Shown here piece by piece: positions 50,540 to 61,771 of a stretch of DNA of 64,000 bases. The DNA lies in the NCBI GenBank assembly GCA_950097015.1, contig CATNEN010000014.1, forward strand, positions 1,240,001-1,304,000, in the 5' to 3' direction. The translations under genes were made by a program, and so were the position numbers. A model generated the notes under the pieces. The model was not told the origin of the DNA, did not search any database, and saw only the letters and a program-made list of their open reading frames with translations. Each line of letters starts with the position of its first letter. Position 1 is the stretch's first letter. This DNA is from Macrostomum hystrix (Eukaryota; Animalia; Platyhelminthes).

Positions 50540-51840
50540 CATTTAGAAAAGCGGTAACTACTGGACACATTTAGAAAACTTTTGGAATCATTTGGAAAAT
50601 TATTAAACACGATAAAATACTACTGGACACTGAAATAACTCTAGACTGGTGGTATTTAGAACGAAACGTAAACAGTCAGAGCTCCACGCTCCTGAGAACA
50701 GCGATATATATTTTATGCGACGGCACGTTGGGTGTAAGGATTAGGGGGTGATAAAATAGAGCGAACAATGATTTGAAAGTCAGCTAGTTAACCAAACGGC
50801 TGCCAGCGCGGTGTACTCAGCGTACGCGCGCTGGCTGCACATGGCTGCACCGCACAATAAAATGATATTCAGCCAGTTAACAGACAGCTGCCAGCGCGGT
50901 GTACTCAGCGTATACGCGCTGGCTGCAAGTCACTACATAACAGACACATTTTTAAAAACGATTTACACCTTCAAAAACTATTTAAAACATTTAGAAAACT
51001 GATAGACACATTTAGAAAACGGTTAAACACTTTTAGAATACTGTTGGACACATTTATATAACTGTTAAAACATTTAGAATGCTGGTAAACGCATTTAAAA
51101 AACTGTTAAACACGTTTAGAATACTGGTAAACACATTTAGAAAACTATAAAACACATTTAGAATACTATAAAACACATTTAGAATACTGGTAAACACAAT
51201 TAAAAAACTGATAAACACGTTTAGAAACCTGTTAACACATTAAAAAAACTGTTGGACACATTAGGAAACTTTAAAACACATTTAGAATACTGGTAAACAC
51301 ATTTCAAAAACTGATAATCACATTTAGAAACCAGTTAAACACTTTCAGAAAACTGTTAAACACATTTAGAAAACTGTTAAACACATTTAGAAACCGCTTA
51401 AACACTTTTAGAAAACTGTTAAACACATTTAGAATACTGGTAAACACAATTAAAAAACTGATAAACACGTTTAGAAAACTGATAAACACGTTTAGAAAAC
51501 TGATAAACACGTTTAGAAAACTGATAAACACGTTTAGAAAACTGTTAAACACTTTTAGAAAACTGGTAAACACATTTAGAAACCTGTAAACACATTTAGA
51601 ATACTGGTAAACGCATTTAAAAACGGTTAAACACATTTAGTATACTGGTAAACACAATTAGAAAACTGATAAACACGTTTAGAAAACTGATAAACACGTT
51701 TAGCAAACTGATAAACACGTTTAGAAAACTGTTAAACACATTTAGTAAACTGTTAAACACATTTAGAAACCTGTAAACACATAAAAAACGGTTGGACGCA
51801 TGTAGAAAACTGTTGGACATTTTAAAAACTGTTGGACACT
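50540..51840. repeat. Degenerate ~21-bp AT-rich minisatellite (AAACACATTTAGAAAACTGTT)n
   Basis: Tandem periodicity; lies inside Helitron variant A. Confidence 0.9.
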
Positions 51841-52400
51841 TTTCTCGATTGAAATTGAGACAAGGTTTGATGATTTATTTGTGTCGTAGTAAGAAAGGAG
51901 TAAATGTCTCGCTAGTATTGAGCAATATATCGTCGAATTAAAATCTGCTATGCACATTTTACCTTTTCAAATCAAACACACACACGCGGGTGAGAAAAGC
52001 TGTGATGTAATCTATTTATAAATTCGCACTGACTGTCTCGCCAGTGGGGTTGACACAGTTATGGACATTTGACACAGTAAAATTCTTATCAGTGTACTCA
52101 CTTTTTAACAAAACTGGCCCTGATGCAATCATTAAAATTGGCAGTGGTATGCACGTTGACAAAACTGGCTCTGATGTAATGCATTAAAAATCCTATCTAA
52201 AAAAGTTTTTCAAATATTTAATCCCCTTGGCAATGAAGTTAAGCTTAATAAAAATACGTGTATATGTGTCCCCATATTTGGCATCTTTTAGTGAAGAAAT
52301 AGTGAAAATCGGTTAAGCCGTTCGGGAGAAAATCAATTACAACCAAGCAACCATTTCATTTTTAGTATATTAAAAAGATTTTCATTTTTAGTATATTAGA

Positions 52401-54139
52401 CTAGCAAGTTTTGCCCCCCTTCGGGGAGCAGAAATATTTTTAATTCGTCCAGTATACACTTTTTAGCAGCTTTATTTTTAGCCTTTTTACGCTACAATGA
52501 TCAGTTGACAATGATCCCCCAGTTGATAATGATCCCCCGGTTGACAATGGTCCCCCAGTCGACAATGATTCCCAGTTGATGATGATCCCCCAGTTGACAA
52601 TGATCACCCAGTTGACATTGATCCCCCAGTTTACAATGATCCCACAGTTGACAATGATCCCCCAGTTGACAATGATCCCACAGTTGACAATGATCCCCCA
52701 GGTTACAATGATCCCCCAGTTGATGATGATCACCCAGTTGACAATTATCTCCCAGTTGACTATGATCCCCCATTGATGATGATCCCCAGTTGACAATGTT
52801 ACCCCAGTTGGCTATTACCCCCTAGTTGACATTGATCCCCCAGTTGATGATGATCACCCAGTTGACAATGATGACCCAGTTGACATTGATCCCCCAGTTT
52901 ACAATGATCCCACAGTTGACAATGATCCCCCAGTTGACAATGATCCCACAGTTGACAATGATCCCCCAGTTCACAATGATCCCCCAGATGATGATGATCC
53001 ACCAGTTGAAGATGATCCCCCAGTTGACAATGATCCCCCAGTTGACATTGATCCCCCAGGTAACAATGATCCCCCAGTTGATGATGATCACCCAGTTGAA
53101 AATTATCTCCCAGTTGACTATGATCCCCCATTGATGATGATCCACAGTTGACAATGTTACCCCAGCTGGCTATTACCCCCTAGTTGACAATGATCCCCCA
53201 GTTGATGATGATCACCCAGTTGACAATGATCTCCCAGTTGACCATGATCCCCCATTTGATGATGATTCCCCAGTTTATAATTATCCCACAGTTGACGATT
53301 ATCCCCCAGTTCTGGTTTAGCTATGATTCAAACTCTGGTTTAGCCATGATTCAAACTCTAGTTTAGCCATGATTCAAACTCTGGTTTAGACATGATTCAG
53401 ACGCTGGTTTAGCCATGATTCAGACGCTGGTTTAGCCATAATTCAGGCAGTGGTTTTGCTATGCAAAAGTGAGTTAAAAGTTTCCCCCTTTTTTTCAAAA
53501 TTAAATAAAAGTTTATCGCTTCGCATCCATCACTACTGACTGATAATTAGTTTAAATGATTTGACGCAGTGCAGAGTCGAACCAGGGACACTTCGCCTAG
53601 CCTAGCCTAACCTATTCGTAGTGCCTACACATCGGCTATTCCGACTTTTGGTTAGTGGGTGCAAAAATCAGCCTTATAAAATGAATTCTCAAAGACCTGG
53701 CTTTGCACAATGAAGTAAGAAAATAGAGTACACTCAGTCTCGCGGTTGGTTGTGTACATTTATTTCCAATTTGTCTCCAGAGTGCAGGCTTCAAATTCAA
53801 TCAGCTAGGGGTTGTTGCGCAATTTGACGATGCAATTCTAATTCAGTGGCTGTGAGTAAAATTCTCAATAGGCCAAGATGGTTTGACCTTTAAAAAATCA
53901 TGTTTTTTTCGAATATTTAATCCCCTTAGCAAAAAAGTTAAGCTTAATAAAAATACGTGGATAATTCTCCCCATATTTAGCATCTTTTGGTGAAGAAATG
54001 GTGAAAATTGGTTGAGCCGTTCGGGAGAAAATCAATTACAACAAACCAACCAACCAAGCAAGCATTTCATTTTTAGTATAGTGGAGGATGGATGGAGGAT
54101 GGAGGAAGCAAGCAAGATTTTCATTTTTAGTATATTAGA
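52401..54139 (-). mobile_element. Non-autonomous Helitron-type element, long variant B (18-bp and 23-bp arrays)
   Basis: Plus strand starts CTAGCAAGTTTTGCCCCCCTTCGGGGAGC (same terminator as A) and ends in the shared head ...TTTTAGTATATTAGA. Confidence 0.75.
52500..53450. repeat. 18-bp array (CAGTTGACAATGATCCCC)n (52500-53310) followed by 23-bp array (GGTTTAGCCATGATTCAGACTCT)n (53312-53450)
   Basis: The same two arrays appear in the same order at 61873-64000. Confidence 0.93.
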
Positions 54140-55163
54140 CTAGCTGCCTTCGCTACCCTCTGGGTAGCCTCCCTGTGAGTTCTTATCAGTTCGTTATCAA
54201 AACTGGCTCTGATGCAATCATTAAAATTGGCACTGGAGGCCTCACTGTGCACAAGCTGAAAACAAGAATGCATTAGAAAAGCCTATTTAAAACTGTTTTT
54301 CGAATATTTAATCCCCTTGGCAATGGAATTAAGCTTAATAAAAACACGTGTACCGATTCGGGACCATTTGTGATCTTTTGGCGAAGGAATTGTGAAAATC
54401 GGTTAAGCCGTTCGGGAGCTAGTCGATTGCAAACAAGCAAGCAAGCAAGCAAGCAAGATTTTCATTTTTAGTATATTAGACTAGCTGCCTTCGCTACCCT
54501 CTGGGTAGCCTCCCTGTGAGTTCTTATCAGTACGCGCGTGCGTTATCAAAACTGGCTCTGATGCAATCATTAAAATTGGCACTGGAGGCCTCACTGTGCA
54601 CAAGCTGAAAACAAGAATGCATTAGAAAAGCCTATTTAAAACTGTTTTTCGAATATTTAATCCCCTTGCCAATGGAATTAAGCTTAATAAAATTACGTGT
54701 ACCGATTCCGGCCCATTTGTGATCTTTTGGCGAAGGAATTTTGAAAATCGGTTGAGCCGTTCGGGAGCTAGTCGATTGCAAACAAACATACAAGCAAGAT
54801 TTTCATTTTTAGTATATAAGAAGACTAGCTGCCCTTCGCTACCCTCTGGGTAGCCTCACTGGAGTTCTTATCAGTGCGTTATCAAAACTGGCTCTGATGC
54901 AATCATTAAAATTGGCACTGGAGCCTCACTGTGCACAAGCTGAAAACAAGAATGCATTAGAAAAGCCTATTTAAAACTGTTTTTCGAATATTTAATCCCC
55001 TTGGCAATGGAATTAAGCTTAATAAAAACACGTGTACCGATTCGGGACCATTTGTAATCTTTTAGCGAAGGAATTGTGAAAATCGGTTGAGCCGTTCGGG
55101 AGCTAGTCGATTGCAAACAAGCAACCAACCAAGCAAGCATTTCATTTTTAGTATAGTGGAAGA
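54140..55163 (-). mobile_element. Three head-to-tail ~340-bp non-autonomous Helitron units (plus-strand starts 54140, 54481, 54825)
   Basis: Each unit on the minus strand reads 5'-TC(TAA)TATACTAAAAATGAAAAT-(CTTG)n-...AACGGCTCAACCGATTTTC...GCTACCC AGA GGGTAGC-GAAGGCAG-CTAG-3'. Confidence 0.85.
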
Positions 55164-58100
55164 CTAGCAATTTAGGCCCCCCTTTGGGGCTTGAAGGCAA
55201 CTTTACAATAATAAAACAGTATTTAGTAAGTCAATAGATCTCAACTCTCAACTAAGATATCTATTGATTCTGAACTTAACTTTATATCGATTTTGAGCCT
55301 AAATATCTATCAACACTGAGCCTAGATATCTACCCGTGCTGAGCCAAGATTTCTATCAATTCTGAGCTTCGATATCTATCAATTCTGAGCTTAGAATTCT
55401 ATCAATTCTGACCTTAGATTTCTATAAATTCTGAGCTTTAATATCTATCGATTCTTAGCTTAAATTTCTATAGATTTTTAACCAATGAAGTTATCTAGAT
55501 ATCTATCAAATCTAAAGCACGATATCTATCCATTCTGAGCCTAGATATCTACCAGTGCTGAGCCTAGATATCTATAAAAATGTTGAGCCAAAAAATCTAT
55601 CAATTCTGAGCCTAGATAAATAACAATGCTGTGCCTAATTATCAATAAATATTTTGAGCCTAGATAACTATCAATGCTGAGCCTAGTTAACTATCAAGAC
55701 TGAACCATTGGAATCTATCGATTCTGAGCTTGGATATCTATCAATGCTGAGCCTAGATGTCCATAAAAATGTTGAGCTTAGATATTTATCGATTCTGAGC
55801 CTAGTAATCTATCCATTCTGGGCCTAGATAACTATCCATGCTGAGCTTTAATATCTATCGATTCTGAGCCTAGATAACTATCACGCTGAGCCTTGATATG
55901 TATAAAATTGTTGAGCCTAGATAACTATCAATGCTGAGCCTAGTTTTCTTTCGATTCTGACCCGTGGAATCTTTCAATTCTGAGCTTCGATATCTATCCA
56001 ATCTGAGCCTTGATTTCTATCGATTCTGAGCCTAGGAATCCATCCATTCTGAGTCTAGATAACTATCAATGCTGAGCCTAGTTATCTACAAAAATGTTGA
56101 GCCTAGATAACTATCAATGCTGTGCCTAGTTTTCTATCGATTCTGACCCTTGGAATCTATCAATTCTGAGCTTGGATATCTATCAATGCTGAGCCTAGAT
56201 GTCTAAAAATGTTGATCCTAGATATTTATCGATTCTGAGCCTAGTTTTCTATCGATTCTGAGCCTAGTAATCTATCAATTCTGGGCCTAGATTTCTATCA
56301 ATGCTGAGCCTAGTTAACTATCAATGTTGAGCCTAGATAACTATCAATGCTGAGCCTAGTAATCTATCAATTCTGGGCCTAGATTTCTATCAATGCTGAG
56401 CCTAGTTAACTATCAATGTTGAGCCTAGATAACTATCAATGCTGAGCCTAGATAACTATCAATGCTGAGCCTAGGTAACTATCAATGCTGAGCCTAGGTA
56501 ACTATCAATGCTGAGCCTAGTCTTCTATCGATTCTGACCCTTGGAACCTATCAATTCTGAGCTTGGATATCTATCAATGCTGAGCCTAGATATCTTTCAA
56601 TGCTGAGCCTAGATATCTTTATAACTGTTGAGCCTTGATAACTATCAATGTTGAGCCTAGATAACGATCACGCTGAGCCTTAAAATCTCGAAAATGTTGA
56701 GCCTAGATAACTATCACGCTGAGCCTTGATATGTATAAAATTGTTGAGCCTAGATAACTATCAATGCTGAGCCTAGTTTTCTTTCGATTCTGACCCGTGG
56801 AATCTATCAATTCTGAGCTTGGATATCTATCCAATCTGAGCCTTGATTTCTATCGATTCTGAGCCTAGGAATCCATCCATTCTGAGTCTAGATAACTATC
56901 AATGCAGAGCCTAGATATCCATAAAAATGTTGAGCCTAGGTAACTATCGATGCTGAGCCTAGATAACTATCAATGCTGAGCCTAGATAACTATCAATGCT
57001 GAGCCTAGATATCTATCAATGCTGAGCCTAGATAACTATCAATGCTGAGCCTAGATAACTATCAATGCTGAGCCTAGATAACAATCAATGCTGAGCCTAG
57101 ATAACTATCGATGCTGAGCCTAGATAACTATCAATGCTGAGCCTAGATAACTATTAATGCTGAGCCTAGATAACTATCAATGCTGAGCCTAGATAACTAC
57201 CAATGCTGAGCCTAGATAACTACCAATGCTGAGCCTAGATAACCATCAATGGTGAGCCTAGATAACTATCAATGCTGAGCCTAGATAAATATCAATCCTG
57301 TGCCTAGATAACTATCAATGCTGAGCCTAGATAACTATCGATGCTGTGCCTAGATATCTATAAAAATGCTGAGCCTAGATAACTATCAATGCTGAGCCTG
57401 GATAGCTATCAATGCTGAGCCTGGATAGCTATCAATGCTGAGCCTAGATAACTATCAATGCTGAGCCTGGATAGCTATCAATGCTGAGCCTGGATAGCTA
57501 TCAATCCTGTGCCTAGATAACTATCAATGCTGAGCCCAGATAAATATCAATGCTGAGCCTGGATAGCTATCAATGCTGAGCCTAGAAATCTATTAAAATG
57601 TTGAGCCTAGAAATCTATAAGAATGTTGAGCCTAGATATGGATCGATTCTGAGCCTAGGAATCTATTAATTCTAAGCCTAGATATCTATCAATGCTGAGC
57701 ATAGATATCTATCAATGCTGAGCCTAGATATCTATCAATGCTTTTGCAAGTAAGTAAGCAAGTAAGCAAGTAAGTAAGCTAGTATAATCAAGAAATGTTA
57801 CTTGCTTCCAAGAAAGGCCGATCACTTGAATCAGTTTAGTTCTCAGCTGTTGCCTTTGGAGTATGCTGTGATGTGAATGAATCTGCTATAATTGAAATCT
57901 GCTATATCTGCTAAATGAGTTTGAATAAAACTAAATTTAAAAAATAAAAAAATATCTCAGTGCCGAACAGATAACAGAAGCCAGCTCAGCCTGTACACAT
58001 TGGGCAGTAATTATCTCGCCAGTGGGGTTGACACAGCTATGAACATTTGGGTGAGAAATTCCTTATCAGTACGCTCGCCTAACAAAACTGGCTCTGATGC

Positions 58101-58364
58101 AATCATTAAAATTGGCACTGGAGCCTCACTGTGCACAAGCTGAAAACAAGAATGCATTAGAAAAGACTATTTAAAACTGTTTTTCGAATATTTAATCCCC
58201 TTGGCAATGGAATTAAGCTTAATAAAAACACGTGTACCGATTCGGGACCATTTGTGATCTTTTGGCGAAGGAATTGTGAAAATCGGTTAAGCCGTTCGGG
58301 AGCTAGTCGATTGCAAACAAGCAAGCAAGCAAGCAAGCAAGATTTTCATTTTTAGTATATTAGA
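55164..58364 (-). mobile_element. Non-autonomous Helitron-type element, long variant C (third terminator; 2.5-kb 23-bp array)
   Basis: Plus strand starts CTAGCAATTTAGGCCCCCTTTGGGGC (hairpin GCCCC/GGGGC) and ends in the shared head. It shares the extended segment CTCGCCAGTGGGGTTGACACAG with variant A (~58015 vs ~52035). Confidence 0.75.
55240..57745. repeat. 23-bp minisatellite (GCTGAGCCTAGATAACTATCAAT)n, ~105 units, divergent at the left end
   Basis: Tandem periodicity inside variant C. Confidence 0.93.
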
Positions 58365-61300
58365 CTAGCTGCCCTTCGCTACCCTCTGGGTAGCCTCCCT
58401 GTGAGTTCTTATCAGTACGCGCGTGCGTTATCAAAACTGGCTCTGATGCAATCATTAAATTTGGCACTGGAGGCCTCACTGTGCACAAGCTGAAAACAAG
58501 AATGCATTAGAAAAGCCTATTTAAAACAGTTTTTCGAATATTTAATCCCCTTGGCAATGGAATTAAGCTTAATAAAAATACGTGTACCGATTCGGGACCA
58601 ATTGTGATCTTTTAGCGAAGGAATTGCGAAAATCGGTTGAGCCGTTCGGGAGCTAGTCGATTGCAAACAAACATACAAGCAAGATTTTCATTTTTAGTAT
58701 ATTAGACTAGCTGCCTTCGCTACCCTCTGGGTAGCCTCCCTGTGAGTTCTTATCAGTACGCGCGTGCGTTATCAAAACTGGCTCTGATGCAATCATTAAA
58801 ATTGGCACTGGAGGCCTCACTGTGCACAAGCTGAAAACAAGAATGCATTAGAAAAGCCTATTTAAAACTGTTTTTCGAATATTAAATCCCCTTGGCAATG
58901 GAATTAAGCTTAATAAAAATACGTGTATATGTGTCCCCATATTTGGCATCTTTTGGTGAAGAAATGGTGAAAATCGGTTGAGCCGTTCGGGAGAAAATCA
59001 ATTACAAGCAAGCAAGCAAGATTTTCATTTTTAGTATATAAGACTAGCTGCCTTCGCTACCCTCTGGGTAGCCTCACTGGAGTTCTTATCAGTTCGTTAT
59101 CAAAACTGGCTCTGATGCAATCATTAAAGTTGGCACTGGAGCCTCACTGTGCACAAGCTGAAAACAAGAATGCATTAGAAAAGCCTATTTAAAACTGTTT
59201 TTCGAATATTTAATCCCCTTGGCAATGGAATTAAGCTTAATAAAAATACGTGTACCGATTCCGGCCCATTTGTGATCTTTTGGTGAAGGAATTGTGAAAA
59301 TCGGTTGAGCCGTTCGGGAGCTAGTCGATTGCAAACAAGCAAGCAAGATTTTCATTTTTAGTATATTAGACTAGCTGCCTTCGCTACCCTCTGGGTAGCC
59401 TCCCTGTGAGTTCTTATCAGTTCGTTATCAAAACTGGCTCTGATGCAATCATTAAAATTGGCACTGGAGCCTCACTGTGCACAAGCTGAAAACAAGAATG
59501 CATTAGAAAAGCCTATTTAAAACTGTTTTTCGAATATTTAATCCCCTTGGCAATGAAATTAAGCTTAATAAAATTACGTGTACCGATTCCGGCCCAATTG
59601 TGATCTTTTGGCGAAGGAATTGCGAAAATCGGTTGAGCCGTTCGGGAGCTAGTCGATTGCAAACATACAAGCAAGCAAGCAAGATTTTCATTTTTAGTAT
59701 ATTAGACTAGCTGCCTTCGCTACCCTCTGGGTAGCCTCCCTGTGAGTTCTTATCAGTTCGTTATCAAAACTGGCTCTGATGCAATCATTAAAATTGGCAC
59801 TGGAGCCTCACTGTGCACAAGCTGAAAACAAGAATGCATTAGAAAAGCCTATTTAAAACTGTTTTTCGAATATTTAATCCCCTTGGCAATGAAATTAAGC
59901 TTAATAAAATTACGTGTACCGATTCCGGCCCAATTGTGATCTTTTGGCGAAGGAATTGCGAAAATCGGTTGAGCCGTTCGGGAGCTAGTCGATTGCAAAC
60001 ATACAAGCAAGCAAGCAAGATTTTCATTTTTAGTATATTAGACTAGCTGCCTTCGCTACCCTCTGGGTAGCCTCCCTGTGAGTTCTTATCAGTACGCGCG
60101 TGCGTTATCAAAACTGGCTCTGATGCAATCATTAAATTTGGCACTGGAGGCCTCACTGTGCACAAGCTGAAAACAAGAATGCATTAGAAAAGCCTATTTA
60201 AAACTGTTTTTCGAATATTTAATCCCCTTGGCAATGGAATTAAGCTTAATAAAAATACGTGTACCGATTCCGGCCCATTTGTGATCTTTTGGCGAAGGAA
60301 TTTTGAAAATCGGTTGAGCCGTTCGGGAGCTAGTCGATTGCAAACATACAAACATACAAGATTTTCATTTTTAGTATATAAGATTAGAAGACTAGCTGCC
60401 TTCGCTACCCTCTGTGTAGCCTCCCTGTGAGTTCTTATCAGTACGCGCGTGCGTTATCAAAACTGGCTCTGATGCAATCATTAAAATTGGCACCGGAGGC
60501 CATACTGTGCACAAGCTGAAAACAAGAATGCATTAGAAAAGCCTATTTAAAACAGTTTTTCGAATATTTAATCCCCTTGCCAATGGAATTAAGCTTAATA
60601 AAAATACGTGTACCGATTCGGGCCCATTTGTGATCTTTTGGCGAAGGAATTTTGAAAATCGGTTGAGCCGTTCGGGAGCTAGTCGATTGCAAACATCGAT
60701 TGCAAGCAAGCAAGCAAGATTTTCATTTTTAGTATATTAGACTAGCTGCCTTCGCTACCCTCTGGGTAGCCTCACTGGAGTTCTTATCAGTTCGTTATCA
60801 AAACTGGCTCTGATGCAATCATTAAAATTGGCACTGGAGGCCTCACTGTGCACAAGCTGTAAACAAGAATGCATTAGAAAAGCCTATTTAAAACTGTTTT
60901 TCGAATATTTAATCCCCTTGGCAATGGAATTAAGCTTAATAAAATTACGTGTACCGATTCCGGCCCAATTGTGATCTTTTGGCGAAGGAATTGTGAAAAT
61001 CGGTTAAGCCGTTCGGGAGCTAGTCGATTGCAAACATACAAGCAAGCAAGCAAGATTTTCATTTTTAGTATATTAGATTAGAAGACTAGCTGCCTTCGCT
61101 ACCCTCTGTGTAGCCTCCCTGTGAGTTCTTATCAGTACGCGCGTGCGTTATCAAAACTGGCTCTGATGCAATCATTAAAATTGGCACCGGAGGCCATACT
61201 GTGCACAAGCTGAAAACAAGAATGCATTAGAAAAGCCTATTTAAAACAGTTTTTCGAATATTTAATCCCCTTGCCAATGGAATTAAGCTTAATAAAAATA

Positions 61301-61771
61301 CGTGTACCGATTCGGGCCCATTTGTGATCTTTTGGCGAAGGAATTTTGAAAATCGGTTGAGCCGTTCGGGAGCTAGTCGATTGCAAACATCGATTGCAAG
61401 CAAGCAAGCAAGATTTTCATTTTTAGTATATTAGACTAGCTGCCTTCGCTACCCTCTGGGTAGCCTCACTGGAGTTCTTATCAGTTCGTTATCAAAACTG
61501 GCTCTGATGCAATCATTAAAATTGGCACTGGAGGCCTCACTGTGCACAAGCTGTAAACAAGAATGCATTAGAAAAGCCTATTTAAAACTGTTTTTCGAAT
61601 ATTTAATCCCCTTGGCAATGGAATTAAGCTTAATAAAATTACGTGTACCGATTCCGGCCCAATTGTGATCTTTTGGCGAAGGAATTGTGAAAATCGGTTA
61701 AGCCGTTCGGGAGCTAGTCGATTGCAAACATACAAGCAAGCAAGCAAGATTTTCATTTTTAGTATATTAGA
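58365..61771 (-). mobile_element. Ten head-to-tail ~330-350-bp non-autonomous Helitron units (Helitron-derived satellite)
   Basis: CTAG junctions at 58365, 58707, 59044, 59371, 59707, 60043, 60392, 60742, 61086 and 61436; each unit has the terminal hairpin and TC head. Confidence 0.88.

Larger units (their letters stand above)
43048..52400 (-). mobile_element. Non-autonomous Helitron-type element, long variant A (with nested LINE, 24-bp and 21-bp arrays, and a 2.3-kb block)
   Basis: Minus 3' end GCTCCCCGAAGGGGGCAAAACTTG-CTAG|T at 43048, a GC hairpin ~10 nt before CTAG followed by T. Minus 5' end TCTAATATACTAAAAATGAAAAT at 52400 is shared with all downstream units. That these two ends belong to one element is inferred from the absence of other termini between them. 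Confidence 0.65.

Noticed and set aside
59503-61756. Repeated 62-aa ORF MKILLACLYVCNRLAPERLNRF...
   Set aside because: It is an incidental frame in the non-coding Helitron head and is broken in other units by microsatellite length changes.
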